Shown: positions 30,340 to 40,465 of the stretch, piece after piece
Position numbering within the stretch: the first letter of the stretch is position 1
How the letters are laid out: each line of letters starts with the position of its first letter
NCBI GenBank assembly: GCA_965218695.1
Contig: OZ244651.1
Location: 960,001-1,024,000, forward strand
Source of the DNA: Nitrosopumilus sp.
GTDB taxonomy: Archaea; Thermoproteota; Nitrososphaeria; Nitrososphaerales; Nitrosopumilaceae
Direction of reading: 5' to 3'
DNA length: 64,000 bases
Program-made: the position numbers and the translations under genes
The notes under the pieces: generated by a model
Seen by the model: only the letters and a program-made list of their open reading frames with translations
The model's database searches: none
Told to the model about the DNA's origin: nothing

Positions 30340-31164
30340 ATGAGACCGGTTCTGTGCATTCTGCCCCTGATCACCCTTGTCGTGGTTTTGGGCACCCCTG
30401 CATATGCGCAGACCACGCATGAGATTCATATCCTGTCCGGCTCATCGGATCCCAACAGTTCACGCTTCTGGTACAATTCGGCGGCAGGCACCATCTCCGA
30501 TGAGATCACCGTATTTACCGGGGATTCCATACTGTGGATCAACTCTGACACCCAGCCCCACACCGTAACCTCAGTTACGCAGTCCGGCCAGGAAGACGGC
30601 CTGTTTGACAGCGGCACCATGGGCATTGCCGGGCAATATTCCAGGCAGTTTACCGAGGTTGGCGACTTTTACTACTACTCTGCACCCCACCCGTGGATGG
30701 CCGGGGTGATTCACGTACTACAGAACCCAGGCAGCGTTCAATCACTTGATCATGTCGCATTCGGGGACGGCCCGGACGGGCAGGGGTATACAGTCAGGTA
30801 CATCCTGGATGCCAGTCTGGATGGCGCAGTCACCGTTGATCCAGATACGGACACACTGACATTTACCATTCAAGAGGATGCGCATGCCGAACAGATGACC
30901 CTGGTTCTTCCGCTTGAACTGATAGATGAGCCCAATGCAGTCTGGGTCGACGATGTAATGACTGACTTTACTGCAGATGCAAACGAACTGGAGACGGCAC
31001 TGACAATTCCTCTCGAGGCAGGCGCCCAGGAGATAAGGGTCATGGGCTCGCACGTCATTCCGGAGTTTGGATTCATGGCACCCCTGGTGCTTGTCATGGG
31101 AATCGTATCGGTGTTATTCCTGACGCGCTCCCGGCTTCCTGCGCTGCTGCAGACGCGTGCCTGA
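30340..31164 (+). CDS. Cupredoxin (plastocyanin-like) domain protein with PEFG-CTERM anchor
   Basis: Signal peptide, HTVTS..GLFDSG, YYYSAPHPWM, C-terminal VIPEFG plus TM helix. Confidence 0.88.
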   Translation: MRPVLCILPLITLVVVLGTPAYAQTTHEIHILSGSSDPNSSRFWYNSAAGTISDEITVFTGDSILWINSDTQPHTVTSVTQSGQEDGLFDSGTMGIAGQYSRQFTEVGDFYYYSAPHPWMAGVIHVLQNPGSVQSLDHVAFGDGPDGQGYTVRYILDASLDGAVTVDPDTDTLTFTIQEDAHAEQMTLVLPLELIDEPNAVWVDDVMTDFTADANELETALTIPLEAGAQEIRVMGSHVIPEFGFMAPLVLVMGIVSVLFLTRSRLPALLQTRA

Positions 31165-31252
31165 TTCTGGGCCCGGCACCCCACGATGATGGTGTTTGAA
31201 GGATTCACGCTGTCCAAGCATCATCTGTCGACCTGCTGCGACAGCAGCAGGA

Positions 31253-32080
31253 TCATTTGGGATTAGTGCCGAGTCGGCCCGAAATTGTCTGTTCCTTGAG
31301 ATCTCTCGTAAAGGATGCCACTGCAGACTCGATCTCGTCTTTTGGCGTACTCTGGATAAGCTTCAGGTATGCGCTCCCGACAATCACTGCGTCTGCGCCT
31401 GCATCCACATACGTCCTGACATCCTGTGCAGTGGACACCCCGAACCCGACCCCGACAGGAATGCTGCCTCCCGTATAACTTCTGGCGTCCCTGATTGCCT
31501 TGAGCGTATACCTTTTGATCGTCCTGCCGACTCCCGTAGTGCCATACACTGCAACAAGATATAGGAACCCTGACGACTCTTTTGCAATCCTCTGAACCCT
31601 TTCCCTGTCGGTGTTGGGGGATATCAAAAATATGGTATCCATACTCCTGCCCCTTGCAGCCTTTAGATACTCTTCGGACTCCTCGACTGACATGTCAGGT
31701 ATGATGAGCCCGTCTATTCCGGCTTTTGCAGCCTCTGATACGAACCTTGCATACCCCCTGCGATACAGGATGTTGGCGTATGTCATCAGCACCAGCGGGA
31801 TGTCAGTCTCCTTTCTGATCCTCCTGACCATCCTGAAGAATCCTGCAACGCTTGTGCCGTTCTCCAGGGATGCGGTCCCTGCGTTTTGAATCACCGGACC
31901 GTCTGCAAGCGGGTCGGAAAACGGAAATCCAAGCTCGATTATGTCGGCCCCGCCCCTCACCAGGCCCCTTACTGCAGACATGGTGGAGCCCTCGTCCGGA
32001 AATCCTGCCATTATGTACGATATCAGGGCCTTGTGGCCTTTTGCCTGCAACTGTGCAAACCTCTCGCTAATTCTTGACAT
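31253..32080 (-). CDS. trpA: Tryptophan synthase alpha chain
   Basis: [27 protein letters not shown]. Confidence 0.96.
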   Translation of the reverse strand: MSRISERFAQLQAKGHKALISYIMAGFPDEGSTMSAVRGLVRGGADIIELGFPFSDPLADGPVIQNAGTASLENGTSVAGFFRMVRRIRKETDIPLVLMTYANILYRRGYARFVSEAAKAGIDGLIIPDMSVEESEEYLKAARGRSMDTIFLISPNTDRERVQRIAKESSGFLYLVAVYGTTGVGRTIKRYTLKAIRDARSYTGGSIPVGVGFGVSTAQDVRTYVDAGADAVIVGSAYLKLIQSTPKDEIESAVASFTRDLKEQTISGRLGTNPK

Positions 32081-33254
32081 TTCTATTCAGATAGTTCTGC
32101 ACCTCCTCTACGTCCTTGTCGCCCCTTCCGGACAGGGTCACCACCACCGACTCTGTCTTCTTGCCTTTTCTTGCAACCTTGATGGCCTCTGCCAGCGCGT
32201 GGGCCGATTCAAGAGCCGGAATTATTCCCTCAGTCCTGGTCAGCATCAGAAACGCATCAACCACCTCCGAGTCCTTTGCCGCACGGTACACGACCCTTCT
32301 GGAGTCCTTGTAGTATGCATGCTCCGGCCCCACCCCCGGATAGTCAAGCCCTGCCGAGATGCTGTGCGTCTCCCTTATCTGCCCCTCGCTGTCCTGGAGA
32401 AGGTACGTCATCATGCCGTGAAGCACCCCCTTGCTTCCTGCCAGAAGCGATGCCGAGTGCATGCCTGACCTCAGGCCAAGCCCTGCAGCCTCCACCCCGA
32501 TGATCTCCGCATCCGAGGATGCCATGGGATAAAACGTGCCTATTGCGTTGGAGCCTCCACCTACGCAGGCAACCAAGGTGTCTGGCCTCCTGCCAATCCC
32601 CCTCATCTGGGAGGCTATCTCCCTTCCTATCACGCTTTGAAAGTCCCTTACCATTACCGGATACGGGTGCGGGCCTACTGCCGAGCCCAGAAGGTAGTAT
32701 GTGGTGTTGACGTTTGTAATCCAGTCCCGAATCGCCTCGTTAATGGCATCCTTGAGCGTCTTGGAGCCGGACTCCACGGGATGGACCCTAGATCCAAGCA
32801 GGTTCATTCTGAACACGTTGAGCTTCTGCCTTATGGTATCCTTGTATCCCATGTACACCTCGGCCTTCATCCCTAGAACAGCGCATGCCATTGCAGTGGC
32901 AACCCCGTGCTGGCCGGCCCCGGTCTCTGCTATTATTCTCTTCTTTCCCATTCTCTTGGCAAGCAGTGCCTGGCCCAGCGTGTTGTTGATCTTGTGGGCC
33001 CCGCCGTGCAGCAGGTCCTCCCTCTTGAGGTATATCCTTGCGCCTCCCAGCCTCTTTGAGAGGTTCTCTGCATAGTACAGTGGAGTGGGGCGTCCTGCGT
33101 ATGACTTCAGGTAGTACCTCAGCTCGCTCTTAAAGTCCGGATCGTCTCTGAACCTCAGGTAGCTCTTCTCCAGCTCCTCGATTGCAGGCACAAGAGTCTC
33201 CGGTATGTATCTCCCGCCAAACTCCCCAAACCTGCCGTCCTTGGGATACCTCAA
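32067..33254 (-). CDS. trpB: Tryptophan synthase beta chain
   Basis: [32 protein letters not shown]; probable TTG start at 33254. Confidence 0.96.
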   Translation of the reverse strand: MRYPKDGRFGEFGGRYIPETLVPAIEELEKSYLRFRDDPDFKSELRYYLKSYAGRPTPLYYAENLSKRLGGARIYLKREDLLHGGAHKINNTLGQALLAKRMGKKRIIAETGAGQHGVATAMACAVLGMKAEVYMGYKDTIRQKLNVFRMNLLGSRVHPVESGSKTLKDAINEAIRDWITNVNTTYYLLGSAVGPHPYPVMVRDFQSVIGREIASQMRGIGRRPDTLVACVGGGSNAIGTFYPMASSDAEIIGVEAAGLGLRSGMHSASLLAGSKGVLHGMMTYLLQDSEGQIRETHSISAGLDYPGVGPEHAYYKDSRRVVYRAAKDSEVVDAFLMLTRTEGIIPALESAHALAEAIKVARKGKKTESVVVTLSGRGDKDVEEVQNYLNRNVKN

Positions 33255-34033
33255 TATGCACCCGCCAGTTCCCGCACGCTTCCTGTTATGTCCATGCTTC
33301 CCATTATGCTTGATCCTATAAGAAATGCAGAGGCCCCGCATTTTTTTAGATATCGGATCTCCTCTGGCGTGCTGATTCCGCTCTCGGAAAGAACGTGCCT
33401 GGAGACGTCTGCCGATGAGAGAATCCTCTCAGTCGTACCGAGATCAATCTCCAGCGTGTCAAGGTTCCTGTTGTTGATTCCTATCAGGTCAGCGTCTGTA
33501 TCCAGGGCTGCCTCAAACTCCGCACTCGTGTGCACCTCAAGCAGAACCTTCAGTCCCCTTTTGTGGCCATACCCTACAAACTCGTCGATCTCCTGCAGAT
33601 GGCCCTGATCAAAGAGCGATTGGATTAGCAGGATGTAGTCTGCCCCGATCCTGGATGCTGCGTCAATCTGGATTCTGTCCACCATGATGTCTTTCATGAG
33701 CAGCGGCACGTCCACCGCCTGCCTTACCTTCATAAAGTATTCCGGGCTGCCGTTAAACAGGTGCGGCTGGGTCAGAACCGACAGCGCCCTTGCGCCGCCT
33801 GCAATCATCTGCCTTGCAATGGATGCCGGATCCGCCTGCGTCCTTATCTTGCCCTGTGACGGCGATGCAAACTTTATCTCAGTTATCAGCGTCGGGTGCG
33901 GGTTGAGCCTGATGATGTCCCCCAGATCCTCCCCCGATCCCTGCAGGTCTGCTGCTGCCACGTCATACGTTCCGTCATCGATTGCCATTCTGGAATTGTT
34001 TACCAGCCTCTTTAGGACGTCCCGGGCCATCAC
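33251..34033 (-). CDS. trpC: Indole-3-glycerol phosphate synthase
   Basis: [31 protein letters not shown]. Confidence 0.95.
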   Translation of the reverse strand: MMARDVLKRLVNNSRMAIDDGTYDVAAADLQGSGEDLGDIIRLNPHPTLITEIKFASPSQGKIRTQADPASIARQMIAGGARALSVLTQPHLFNGSPEYFMKVRQAVDVPLLMKDIMVDRIQIDAASRIGADYILLIQSLFDQGHLQEIDEFVGYGHKRGLKVLLEVHTSAEFEAALDTDADLIGINNRNLDTLEIDLGTTERILSSADVSRHVLSESGISTPEEIRYLKKCGASAFLIGSSIMGSMDITGSVRELAGAY

Positions 34034-35088
34034 TGCAGCCCCCTTATCCGTGACACGGTGCCAGTATCTGCAACAAACCTCTCCAGAAGCGAAAAGGCGC
34101 CGCCCCCGTCCATGACGCCCAGCGCAGTCTCCACTGCCTCTCCGATGCCCTCTGAGATGCCTGCCACGACAAGCCCGCCTGCGGCATTGAGGGCCACCGT
34201 CTCAATCATTGCCCTGTTTGCGGTTCCGTCAAGCACCCCCACAAACGCCCTCATCGCCTCAGTACCCGTACTCACCTGTATGTCGCGCAGGCTCGATCTG
34301 CAAAGCCCGACATCTTCGGGCTTTACCACGCTCCGGGTTATGCTGCCTTCCTTGAGCATGCACACCGAGTTGGAGGAGATGGTGGAAAACTCGTCCATCC
34401 CGTTTGCAGCCCGCACAGTCATGATGCATTCTGCCCCGTTCCTTCTGAGGATGAGCGGGACTCTCTCAAGCATGTCCTTTGAGGACACCCCGATTAGCTG
34501 GTTTTTTGTGCCTGCAGGGTTCGCAAGCGGCCCCAGCAGGTTGAATGCGGTTCTTCTCCCAAGGGTCTTGCGGGCAGCTGCCACATGCCTCATTGCCGGG
34601 TGAAATTTTTGTGCAAACATGAAGCATATGCCGTGCCTGTGCAGGATTCCCGAGACCTCTGCAGGCCCCATGCCAAGATCATACCCAAAGTACTCAAACA
34701 CGTCGGCGCTGCCCGAGGCTCCGGAGTTTGAGCGGTTCCCGTGCTTTGCCACTGCCCCACCTGCTGCTGCCACCACAAACGAGGCTGCAGTGGATATGTT
34801 GAATGTTCCAAGCCCGTCCCCCCCGGTTCCGCACATGTCTATTGTGGTTTTGGCACCACCACCACCACCACCATCATCGGGTCTCATCACAAGGACAAAC
34901 CTCTGCATCGCATCGAGCATTCCCAGCAGCTCCTCGTCTGTCTCCCCCTTGTCGGCAAGGCCGGATATGAGTTCTGCACTCTGCCTGTCGTCTGTCCGTC
35001 CCGAGAGCATCTCCGTCATGGCGGCCCCCGCCTCCTCATATGTGATGTCCAGTCCCTGCTGCAGTCTGGAGACGAGGCGTGAAATCAT
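34030..35088 (-). CDS. trpD: Anthranilate phosphoribosyltransferase
   Basis: CGTGGDG..TFNIST, KHGNRS, FNLLGPLANP. Confidence 0.95.
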   Translation of the reverse strand: MISRLVSRLQQGLDITYEEAGAAMTEMLSGRTDDRQSAELISGLADKGETDEELLGMLDAMQRFVLVMRPDDGGGGGGAKTTIDMCGTGGDGLGTFNISTAASFVVAAAGGAVAKHGNRSNSGASGSADVFEYFGYDLGMGPAEVSGILHRHGICFMFAQKFHPAMRHVAAARKTLGRRTAFNLLGPLANPAGTKNQLIGVSSKDMLERVPLILRRNGAECIMTVRAANGMDEFSTISSNSVCMLKEGSITRSVVKPEDVGLCRSSLRDIQVSTGTEAMRAFVGVLDGTANRAMIETVALNAAGGLVVAGISEGIGEAVETALGVMDGGGAFSLLERFVADTGTVSRIRGLQ

Positions 35089-35684
35089 CGTCGTACCGTC
35101 TCTCCTACCTGTCTTATAAAATTCCCAATAATCTTCTTTCCGTCCTGGGTCATTATCGACTCTGGATGAAACTGCACCCCCTGGACGGGATACGTCTTGT
35201 GTCTTACTGCCATGATCTCCCCGTCGTCGGCTGCCGTGGCAGTAACCTCCAGGACGTCTGGAATTATCGTCTTGTCGCCCACCAGGCTATGGTACCTGGT
35301 TGCCTGAAACGGTGACCTTACATCCCGGAACAGATCCGAGCCCGTATGGATTACGGGGCTTGTCTTTCCGTGTCTTACGCGTCCTGCATTGGTGACCCTG
35401 CCGCCAAAGGCATGAATGATTCCCTGGTGCCCAAGACAGATGCCAAGGATTGGGACAGTCGGTCCGATGTCGGATATGACATCAGAGCATATGCCAAAGT
35501 ATCTTCTCTCCTCCGGGGTTCCGGGGCCCGGCGAGATTATTATTGCATCGTACCCATTCTGCCTTATCTGCTCTGGAGAGATCCTGTCATTCCTGATGAC
35601 ATCGCACTCGGCACCAAGCTCCCCTGCATACTGCGCAATATTGTACACAAACGAGTCATAGTTGTCTATTATCAGTATCTTCAA
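35085..35684 (-). CDS. trpG: Anthranilate synthase component II (glutamine amidotransferase)
   Basis: IIDNYDSF, SPGPG, GICLGHQ, QFHPES; probable TTG start at 35684. Confidence 0.94.
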   Translation of the reverse strand: MKILIIDNYDSFVYNIAQYAGELGAECDVIRNDRISPEQIRQNGYDAIIISPGPGTPEERRYFGICSDVISDIGPTVPILGICLGHQGIIHAFGGRVTNAGRVRHGKTSPVIHTGSDLFRDVRSPFQATRYHSLVGDKTIIPDVLEVTATAADDGEIMAVRHKTYPVQGVQFHPESIMTQDGKKIIGNFIRQVGETVRR

Positions 35685-37036
35685 TCCGATGCCTCCCTTA
35701 GCGCCTGAAGCATTGCGTCTGCCTTGTACTCTGTCTCCATAAACTCGTTTCTGGGAACCGAGTCCGAGACGATTCCCGCGCCGGACTGCACGAACCCCTT
35801 GTTCCCTTTGATGAATATGCTCCTGATTCCGATTGCAAAGTCGCAGCATCCGTTGTGTGAAAAGTATCCGACTGCCCCCGCATACGGCCCCCTTGCCTCC
35901 GTCTCCAGCTCGTCAATGATCTCCATGGCCCGGACCTTCGGTGCCCCCGAGACTGTCCCCGCGGGAAACACGGACTGGAACGCATCAAACATGTCCCTTT
36001 CAGGGGCCAGCCTGCCTGTCAGGTGTGTGACTATGTGTTGCACATGGCTGAACCTTCTCACCTTCATCAGGGATTCGGGATGGACGGTTCCGTACCTGCA
36101 GACCCTCCCTATGTCGTTCCTGCCAAGATCCACCAGCATCGTGTGTTCTGCCAGCTCCTTCTCGTCGCAGAGCAGCTCGTCTGCAAGCTCTTGGTTCTGC
36201 CTTTCATCCTTTGTGATCTTTCTTGTTCCTGCAATCGGAAACGTCTCCACCGTGTCTCCGGTGACGCGGACCAGCATCTCCGGGGATGCGCCAATGGCTG
36301 TGCTGCTGCCCTGTTTCAGGTGGTACATGTATGGCGACGGATTCAGCCTGCGCAGCGCACTGTACAATGCCAGATCGTCCCCGCTGACGTCAAATGTAAA
36401 CCTGCGCGAGAGGACCGCCTGAAAGATATCCCCGTCGTAGATGTATCTTTTTGCCCTCTCCACAATCTCTGAGAACTCAGACTCGCTCATGTTTGACCTG
36501 ACCTGGCTGGCATGGAATCTGCCAAACGCCCCGTCGCCGATTTGAAGTTCCTCAAACCTGTTCCTGTCGTGGTAAAAGTAGAACAGCTTTTTGTGCAGGT
36601 TGTCGTAGAGTATTCCGTCGTCATACACACCAAACTCCATTAGCGGCGCAGGCGCACCATGCGAATCCGGAATGTCTTCTATTGTCCTGACCGTGTCATA
36701 GTTTACAATTCCGACTGCCCCTCCACGATACCTGTATCTCTGATCTGTCGTCTCCCCAAGGAGGAGGAGGCGTTTTATCTCTTCAAACGGATTCGTATTC
36801 CGGATGACTCTGGTCTGTCCTTCTGCGACTATCTCCACCCTGTCAGAGTATCCCCTGAGGATCACGGCCGGATCAAAGCCCATTACTGATGTCTCAGAGA
36901 GTTTGCCTGGCCCTGTAAGTGATTCTAAGAGGAATGAGTGCGAATAGTTTCGTGAAATTCTGTTGTAAATCTGAAACTGGTTCTCAGATAGATCCAGTGG
37001 TATCAGTTTTGCCTGAGCCTTTCCAAATATGTCCAC
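35681..37036 (-). CDS. trpE: Anthranilate synthase component I
   Basis: NPSPYM, PIAGT, EHTMLVDLGRND, FPAGTVSGAPK. Confidence 0.95.
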   Translation of the reverse strand: MDIFGKAQAKLIPLDLSENQFQIYNRISRNYSHSFLLESLTGPGKLSETSVMGFDPAVILRGYSDRVEIVAEGQTRVIRNTNPFEEIKRLLLLGETTDQRYRYRGGAVGIVNYDTVRTIEDIPDSHGAPAPLMEFGVYDDGILYDNLHKKLFYFYHDRNRFEELQIGDGAFGRFHASQVRSNMSESEFSEIVERAKRYIYDGDIFQAVLSRRFTFDVSGDDLALYSALRRLNPSPYMYHLKQGSSTAIGASPEMLVRVTGDTVETFPIAGTRKITKDERQNQELADELLCDEKELAEHTMLVDLGRNDIGRVCRYGTVHPESLMKVRRFSHVQHIVTHLTGRLAPERDMFDAFQSVFPAGTVSGAPKVRAMEIIDELETEARGPYAGAVGYFSHNGCCDFAIGIRSIFIKGNKGFVQSGAGIVSDSVPRNEFMETEYKADAMLQALREASD

Positions 37037-37340
37037 CCATGCGGTAAATCATCATGCCTTGTTATTTAAATTGATGAGATTGTCGTTCATGCTCCCGGGC
37101 AAACCCCGGCAGAGCACGGATGGCACGCCGGTTGCAGTCACCGTGCAGCAGTGGCATGGCTGGATTCTGACTGCAGACAGGCCGCACAACCGTTCTGTCC
37201 GCACCTGCCGGCAACCCTGTCTGCTATAAAATGAACCTTCTGGAGATGATCCGTTCTGCTGCTGCCGCTGGACGGCCGTGTACCTAATAGTACGGTTATG
37301 GTACGGTACTTTTAAATACCTACTGGTTCCATACCACTGC

Positions 37341-37532
37341 ATGTCTAAAACAAACCAGACGATCATACAGGACATGCAGGTCCTCAAGAAACCAGAATAT
37401 GCTTGGAGTTCTGCCAAAAATGTGGAATGTTATGTCTGTGGAAGGGGACTTGATTCCGGTTTCAGCATAACTGCCAGGACGCTGCCAAACGGAAACGCGC
37501 TGTTTTGTGATCTACACTACACGCCGCAGTAA
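37341..37532 (+). CDS. Small putative zinc-binding protein (63 aa)
   Basis: CYVC...CDLH; TTTAAATA box about 30 bp upstream. Confidence 0.65.
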   Translation: MSKTNQTIIQDMQVLKKPEYAWSSAKNVECYVCGRGLDSGFSITARTLPNGNALFCDLHYTPQ

Positions 37533-37603
37533 ACACCCGAGCTTTTTTATCACCACACTACAAAAAGCCTGAGTCCTGCGCAGGCTAGTCCCTCACGCCG
37601 ACA

Positions 37604-37954
37604 TTATTCGTTCCATGCCGTCTGGGACCTGAGCCACGCAACCAGCTGCCTGTATATGGGACTGTTCTGCACGTTGAGTATGCCTATCTCTAGGTTGTTT
37701 GCAGACTTGGCCGTCTTGGAATAGTTGTCGTACTTTGTAAACATTATCCTGTCAAGGTACATCTCGTCCTGCATCTCCTTTTTGGCCAGCTCCTCGGACT
37801 CTGTCATGGCAAAACTTGCAAACATGACTCCGTCTGCCCAGTATGCGTTCATGGATTCCATCGAGGTCATCATTCCGATAAAGTCATCAAGGTTCAGCCT
37901 GATCACATCCCTTACATAAACCCGCTTGTACGGCCTGTAGACAAATTCTGTCAC
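37604..37954 (-). CDS. Hypothetical protein (116 aa)
   Basis: Host-like coding frame with GTG start. Confidence 0.72.
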   Translation of the reverse strand: MTEFVYRPYKRVYVRDVIRLNLDDFIGMMTSMESMNAYWADGVMFASFAMTESEELAKKEMQDEMYLDRIMFTKYDNYSKTAKSANNLEIGILNVQNSPIYRQLVAWLRSQTAWNE

Positions 37955-37976
37955 GTGCTGTTGTCCGTTGAAGAGT

Positions 37977-38175
37977 TTAATGAATATATTGATAATTGGT
38001 TTTGGATGATTTTTTTATAAAATCGGTCAGAAGAACAAGCGTCGTTGGGGTCATTGCATTACGTGAAACGTGGTCGTTCTTAAATGGTATGGCTTCAGAA
38101 TCATGATTCGGGATGCTGGCGCGAATTAGAAATAGCGTGAACGAGGGCTGAATTTTCAAAACGTGGACAACTCCC
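37977..38175. mobile_element. Isolated end of an IS5-like element
   Basis: GTGGACAACTCCC at 38163-38175 and the adjacent sequence resemble the end at 17993-18080. Confidence 0.5.
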
Positions 38176-38315
38176 CTCGCAGGTTCTGTAAAGTAATTAA
38201 GAACGATTTTAATGTTGTTCTAATTTTTGGGTGCTTGTCCCGCCCACCCCGTACGCGACCGGCAGGCACCGCCAGACCACATAGACGCACGCCACAAGGC
38301 TCCCGGTTTGGTGCC

Positions 38316-38755
38316 TTATTTTCCATCCTGCTTCTGGGCACCTTCAGGCTCTGCGCCCGCGGGATCGTATGGCACGCCCGCGCCGGGGTGCATCATCCTG
38401 GCCATGTCGGCCATGACCGAAGTCATCCTTTGGATCGTCGTCTGCGCGTCTTGCAGCTGCTTCTCGGTCGTGCGGAGGCCGTCGTTTCCTCCCCCTCCTG
38501 AGAACGGCGGTTGTGGCGGCGGAGCGGCCTCCCCACCGGGACGACCATCCTGCGGCGGCTGTGGCAGATCCGGCGCCCCGGCCATCTCCAGGTATCTCTC
38601 GAATCCGGCAAACAGGTTGAGGCGCTCGGAGGCCTTGGCGTATTCGGCCCGCAGTTTCTCCGGGTACAGCACGGCCTGCTTCTCGTAGGAGTCCTTGGTG
38701 GCGTGCCCCAGCACGTGGTCGGCGGTCCACGGCGCGCACCCCGCCCTAGCCTGAC
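38316..38755 (-). pseudogene. Tyrosine recombinase/integrase C-terminal fragment
   Basis: ADHVLGHATKDSYEK..LRAEYAKA (box II LGH and catalytic Tyr region); very high GC. Confidence 0.65.
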
Positions 38756-38769
38756 GATATAGCCACGAT

Positions 38770-39052
38770 CGAACCCACTGTGGATGCCGGCACTGTTGTT
38801 GTTGTTGCCGTTGCCAACGGTGCATCCGGCGGCGACTTTGACGGGTCCGAACTCCAGACCCTCTGGACGTGGGGTGGCTATTCCCCCCAAGTTCATTAAT
38901 GATGTCGAATTCTTGGGCGCGTTTGGATTCTAGGGGACGACTGTCCCAGACTACTTCAAGGGATGGCAAAGTGGTTCATAGACGGCACGCTGGACAGGCA
39001 GAACCTAATCCGCGCCCTGGAATACTTGGAGGTGCAAGGACTGCTGAACTAA
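38770..39052 (+). pseudogene. Degenerate C-terminus of a thaumarchaeal surface protein
   Basis: LWTWGGYSP..DVEFL..F*GTTVPDYFKG / MAKWFIDGTLDRQNLIRALEYLEVQGLLN*; contains a stop and frameshifts. Confidence 0.5.
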
Positions 39053-39097
39053 GACTTGGTTCTTGCCCAAATGATGTGATACGATCAGGATCAAGCA

Positions 39098-39295
39098 TTA
39101 TAGAGAATCTTCATCTGATTCTGCTAATTTTTTGATTGCCAATCCTGCAACTAATCCAACAAACGCTCCCAAAGCCAGGCTACCCACCCAGGAATACTCT
39201 GGCTTATGCTGCATTTCTTCTCTTGCTTTTCTCAGTTTGTCATATTCTGTTTTTGGGATTCTCATGCTGACGTATTTTGGCTCAGATTCTTTCAT
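39098..39295 (-). CDS. Small RHH-like protein with C-terminal hydrophobic segment
   Basis: KYVSMRIPKTEYDKLRKAR (strand-helix) followed by LALGAFVGLVAGLAI. Confidence 0.6.
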   Translation of the reverse strand: MKESEPKYVSMRIPKTEYDKLRKAREEMQHKPEYSWVGSLALGAFVGLVAGLAIKKLAESDEDSL

Positions 39296-39387
39296 GATGT
39301 TTTATGACCGTTCGTGTTAAATATATACTCTTGCTGCATGCAAATTAACATACAACATTTAAATGCTGGAGTCTGACACCAAGACGT

Positions 39388-39624
39388 ATGATATTTTTAA
39401 TTCTTGCCGGTGTTGCAGGAGGCTATTTGCTTGCAGAAGCATACAAAAAATATGCAACGCCACAGCAGAAGCAAAAATGGGAAAATTATGTCAAAACCCA
39501 TCATGGTGAAGCTGGCATGCTGATGACTGCGGCTGGTGTTGTAACCAAATCTCCCACCCTTATAGGATCAGGCGTTGGTTTAATGGTACATGACAGAGAC
39601 GATGCAAGAAAATGGTTTAGGTGA
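39388..39624 (+). CDS. Small membrane-associated protein (78 aa)
   Basis: N-terminal hydrophobic helix, THHGEAG...G.GLMVHD..D; TTTAAAT box upstream. Confidence 0.65.
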   Translation: MIFLILAGVAGGYLLAEAYKKYATPQQKQKWENYVKTHHGEAGMLMTAAGVVTKSPTLIGSGVGLMVHDRDDARKWFR

Positions 39625-39887
39625 TTGAACCCATGACCTTACCCACGCTTAGCGTGACGGTCGATCCCTGACACTGCATGATCGAAAGGATCTAGTTAAC
39701 GGGTCATCTAGGCACATCTGGAAGGGTGGTGGCTACTGGGATAATATGACCAACGTGCCACAATCATGATTGACGACGAGGTGGACCGCAAAATAAGGGA
39801 GCACCGGGCCAGGTGACGCTGGAGGGCAACAAGGCATGCAGCTACTCTGCTGCCGTCAACGACCTGCTGACAGGGGGAGTCTAGGAA

Positions 39888-40028
39888 TTGGCCAAGCGCG
39901 CCACAATCATGATTGATGACGAGGTGGACCGCAAAATAAGGGAGCACCAGGCCAGAAAGATTCTGGAGCGCAACAAGGCATGCAGCTACTCTGCTGCTAT
40001 AAATGACCTGCTGGCAAGGGGCGCCTAG
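39888..40028 (+). CDS. RHH array unit 2
   Basis: MAKRATIMIDDEVDRKIREHQARKILERNKACSYSAAINDLLARGA*. Confidence 0.7.
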   Translation: MAKRATIMIDDEVDRKIREHQARKILERNKACSYSAAINDLLARGA

Positions 40029-40031
40029 GAA

Positions 40032-40172
40032 TTGGCCAAACGTGTCACAATCATGATTGACGACGAGGTGGACCGCAAAATAAGGGAGCACCAGGCCAGA
40101 AAGATTCTGGAGCGCAACAAGGCATGCAGCTACTCTGCTGCCGTCATCGATTTGCTGACAAGGGGCACCTAG
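40032..40172 (+). CDS. RHH array unit 3
   Basis: MAKRVTIMIDDEVDRKIREHQARKILERNKACSYSAAVIDLLTRGT*. Confidence 0.72.
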   Translation: MAKRVTIMIDDEVDRKIREHQARKILERNKACSYSAAVIDLLTRGT

Positions 40173-40175
40173 GAA

Positions 40176-40316
40176 TTGGCCAGACGCGTCACTTTCCTGA
40201 TTGATGACGGGCTGGAGCGCAGGGTGCGGGGGTACCAGGCCAGGAAGATGCTGGAGCGCAACAAGGCGTGCAGCTACTCTGATGCCGTAAACGACCTGCT
40301 GGCGGGGGGCGCCTAG
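40176..40316 (+). CDS. RHH array unit 4
   Basis: MARRVTFLIDDGLERRVRGYQARKMLERNKACSYSDAVNDLLAGGA*. Confidence 0.72.
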   Translation: MARRVTFLIDDGLERRVRGYQARKMLERNKACSYSDAVNDLLAGGA

Positions 40317-40319
40317 GAA

Positions 40320-40460
40320 TTGGCCAGACGCGTCACTTTCCTGATTGATGACGGGCTGGAGCGCAGGGTGCGGGGGTACCAGGCCAGGAAGATGCTGGAG
40401 CGCAACAAGGCGTGCAGCTACTCTGATGCCGTAAACGACCTGCTGGCGGGGGGCGCCTAG
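40320..40460 (+). CDS. RHH array unit 5 (identical to unit 4)
   Basis: Exact 144-bp duplication of unit 4. Confidence 0.7.
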   Translation: MARRVTFLIDDGLERRVRGYQARKMLERNKACSYSDAVNDLLAGGA

Positions 40461-40465
40461 GAATC

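Noticed and set aside
34854-34873. (ACC)n microsatellite giving poly-Gly in trpD
   Set aside because: In-frame loop expansion; triplet slippage would not switch phase
31253-37036. trp cluster lacking trpF
   Set aside because: Absence of trpF from the cluster is usual in Nitrosopumilaceae as far as I recall; no remnant is seen
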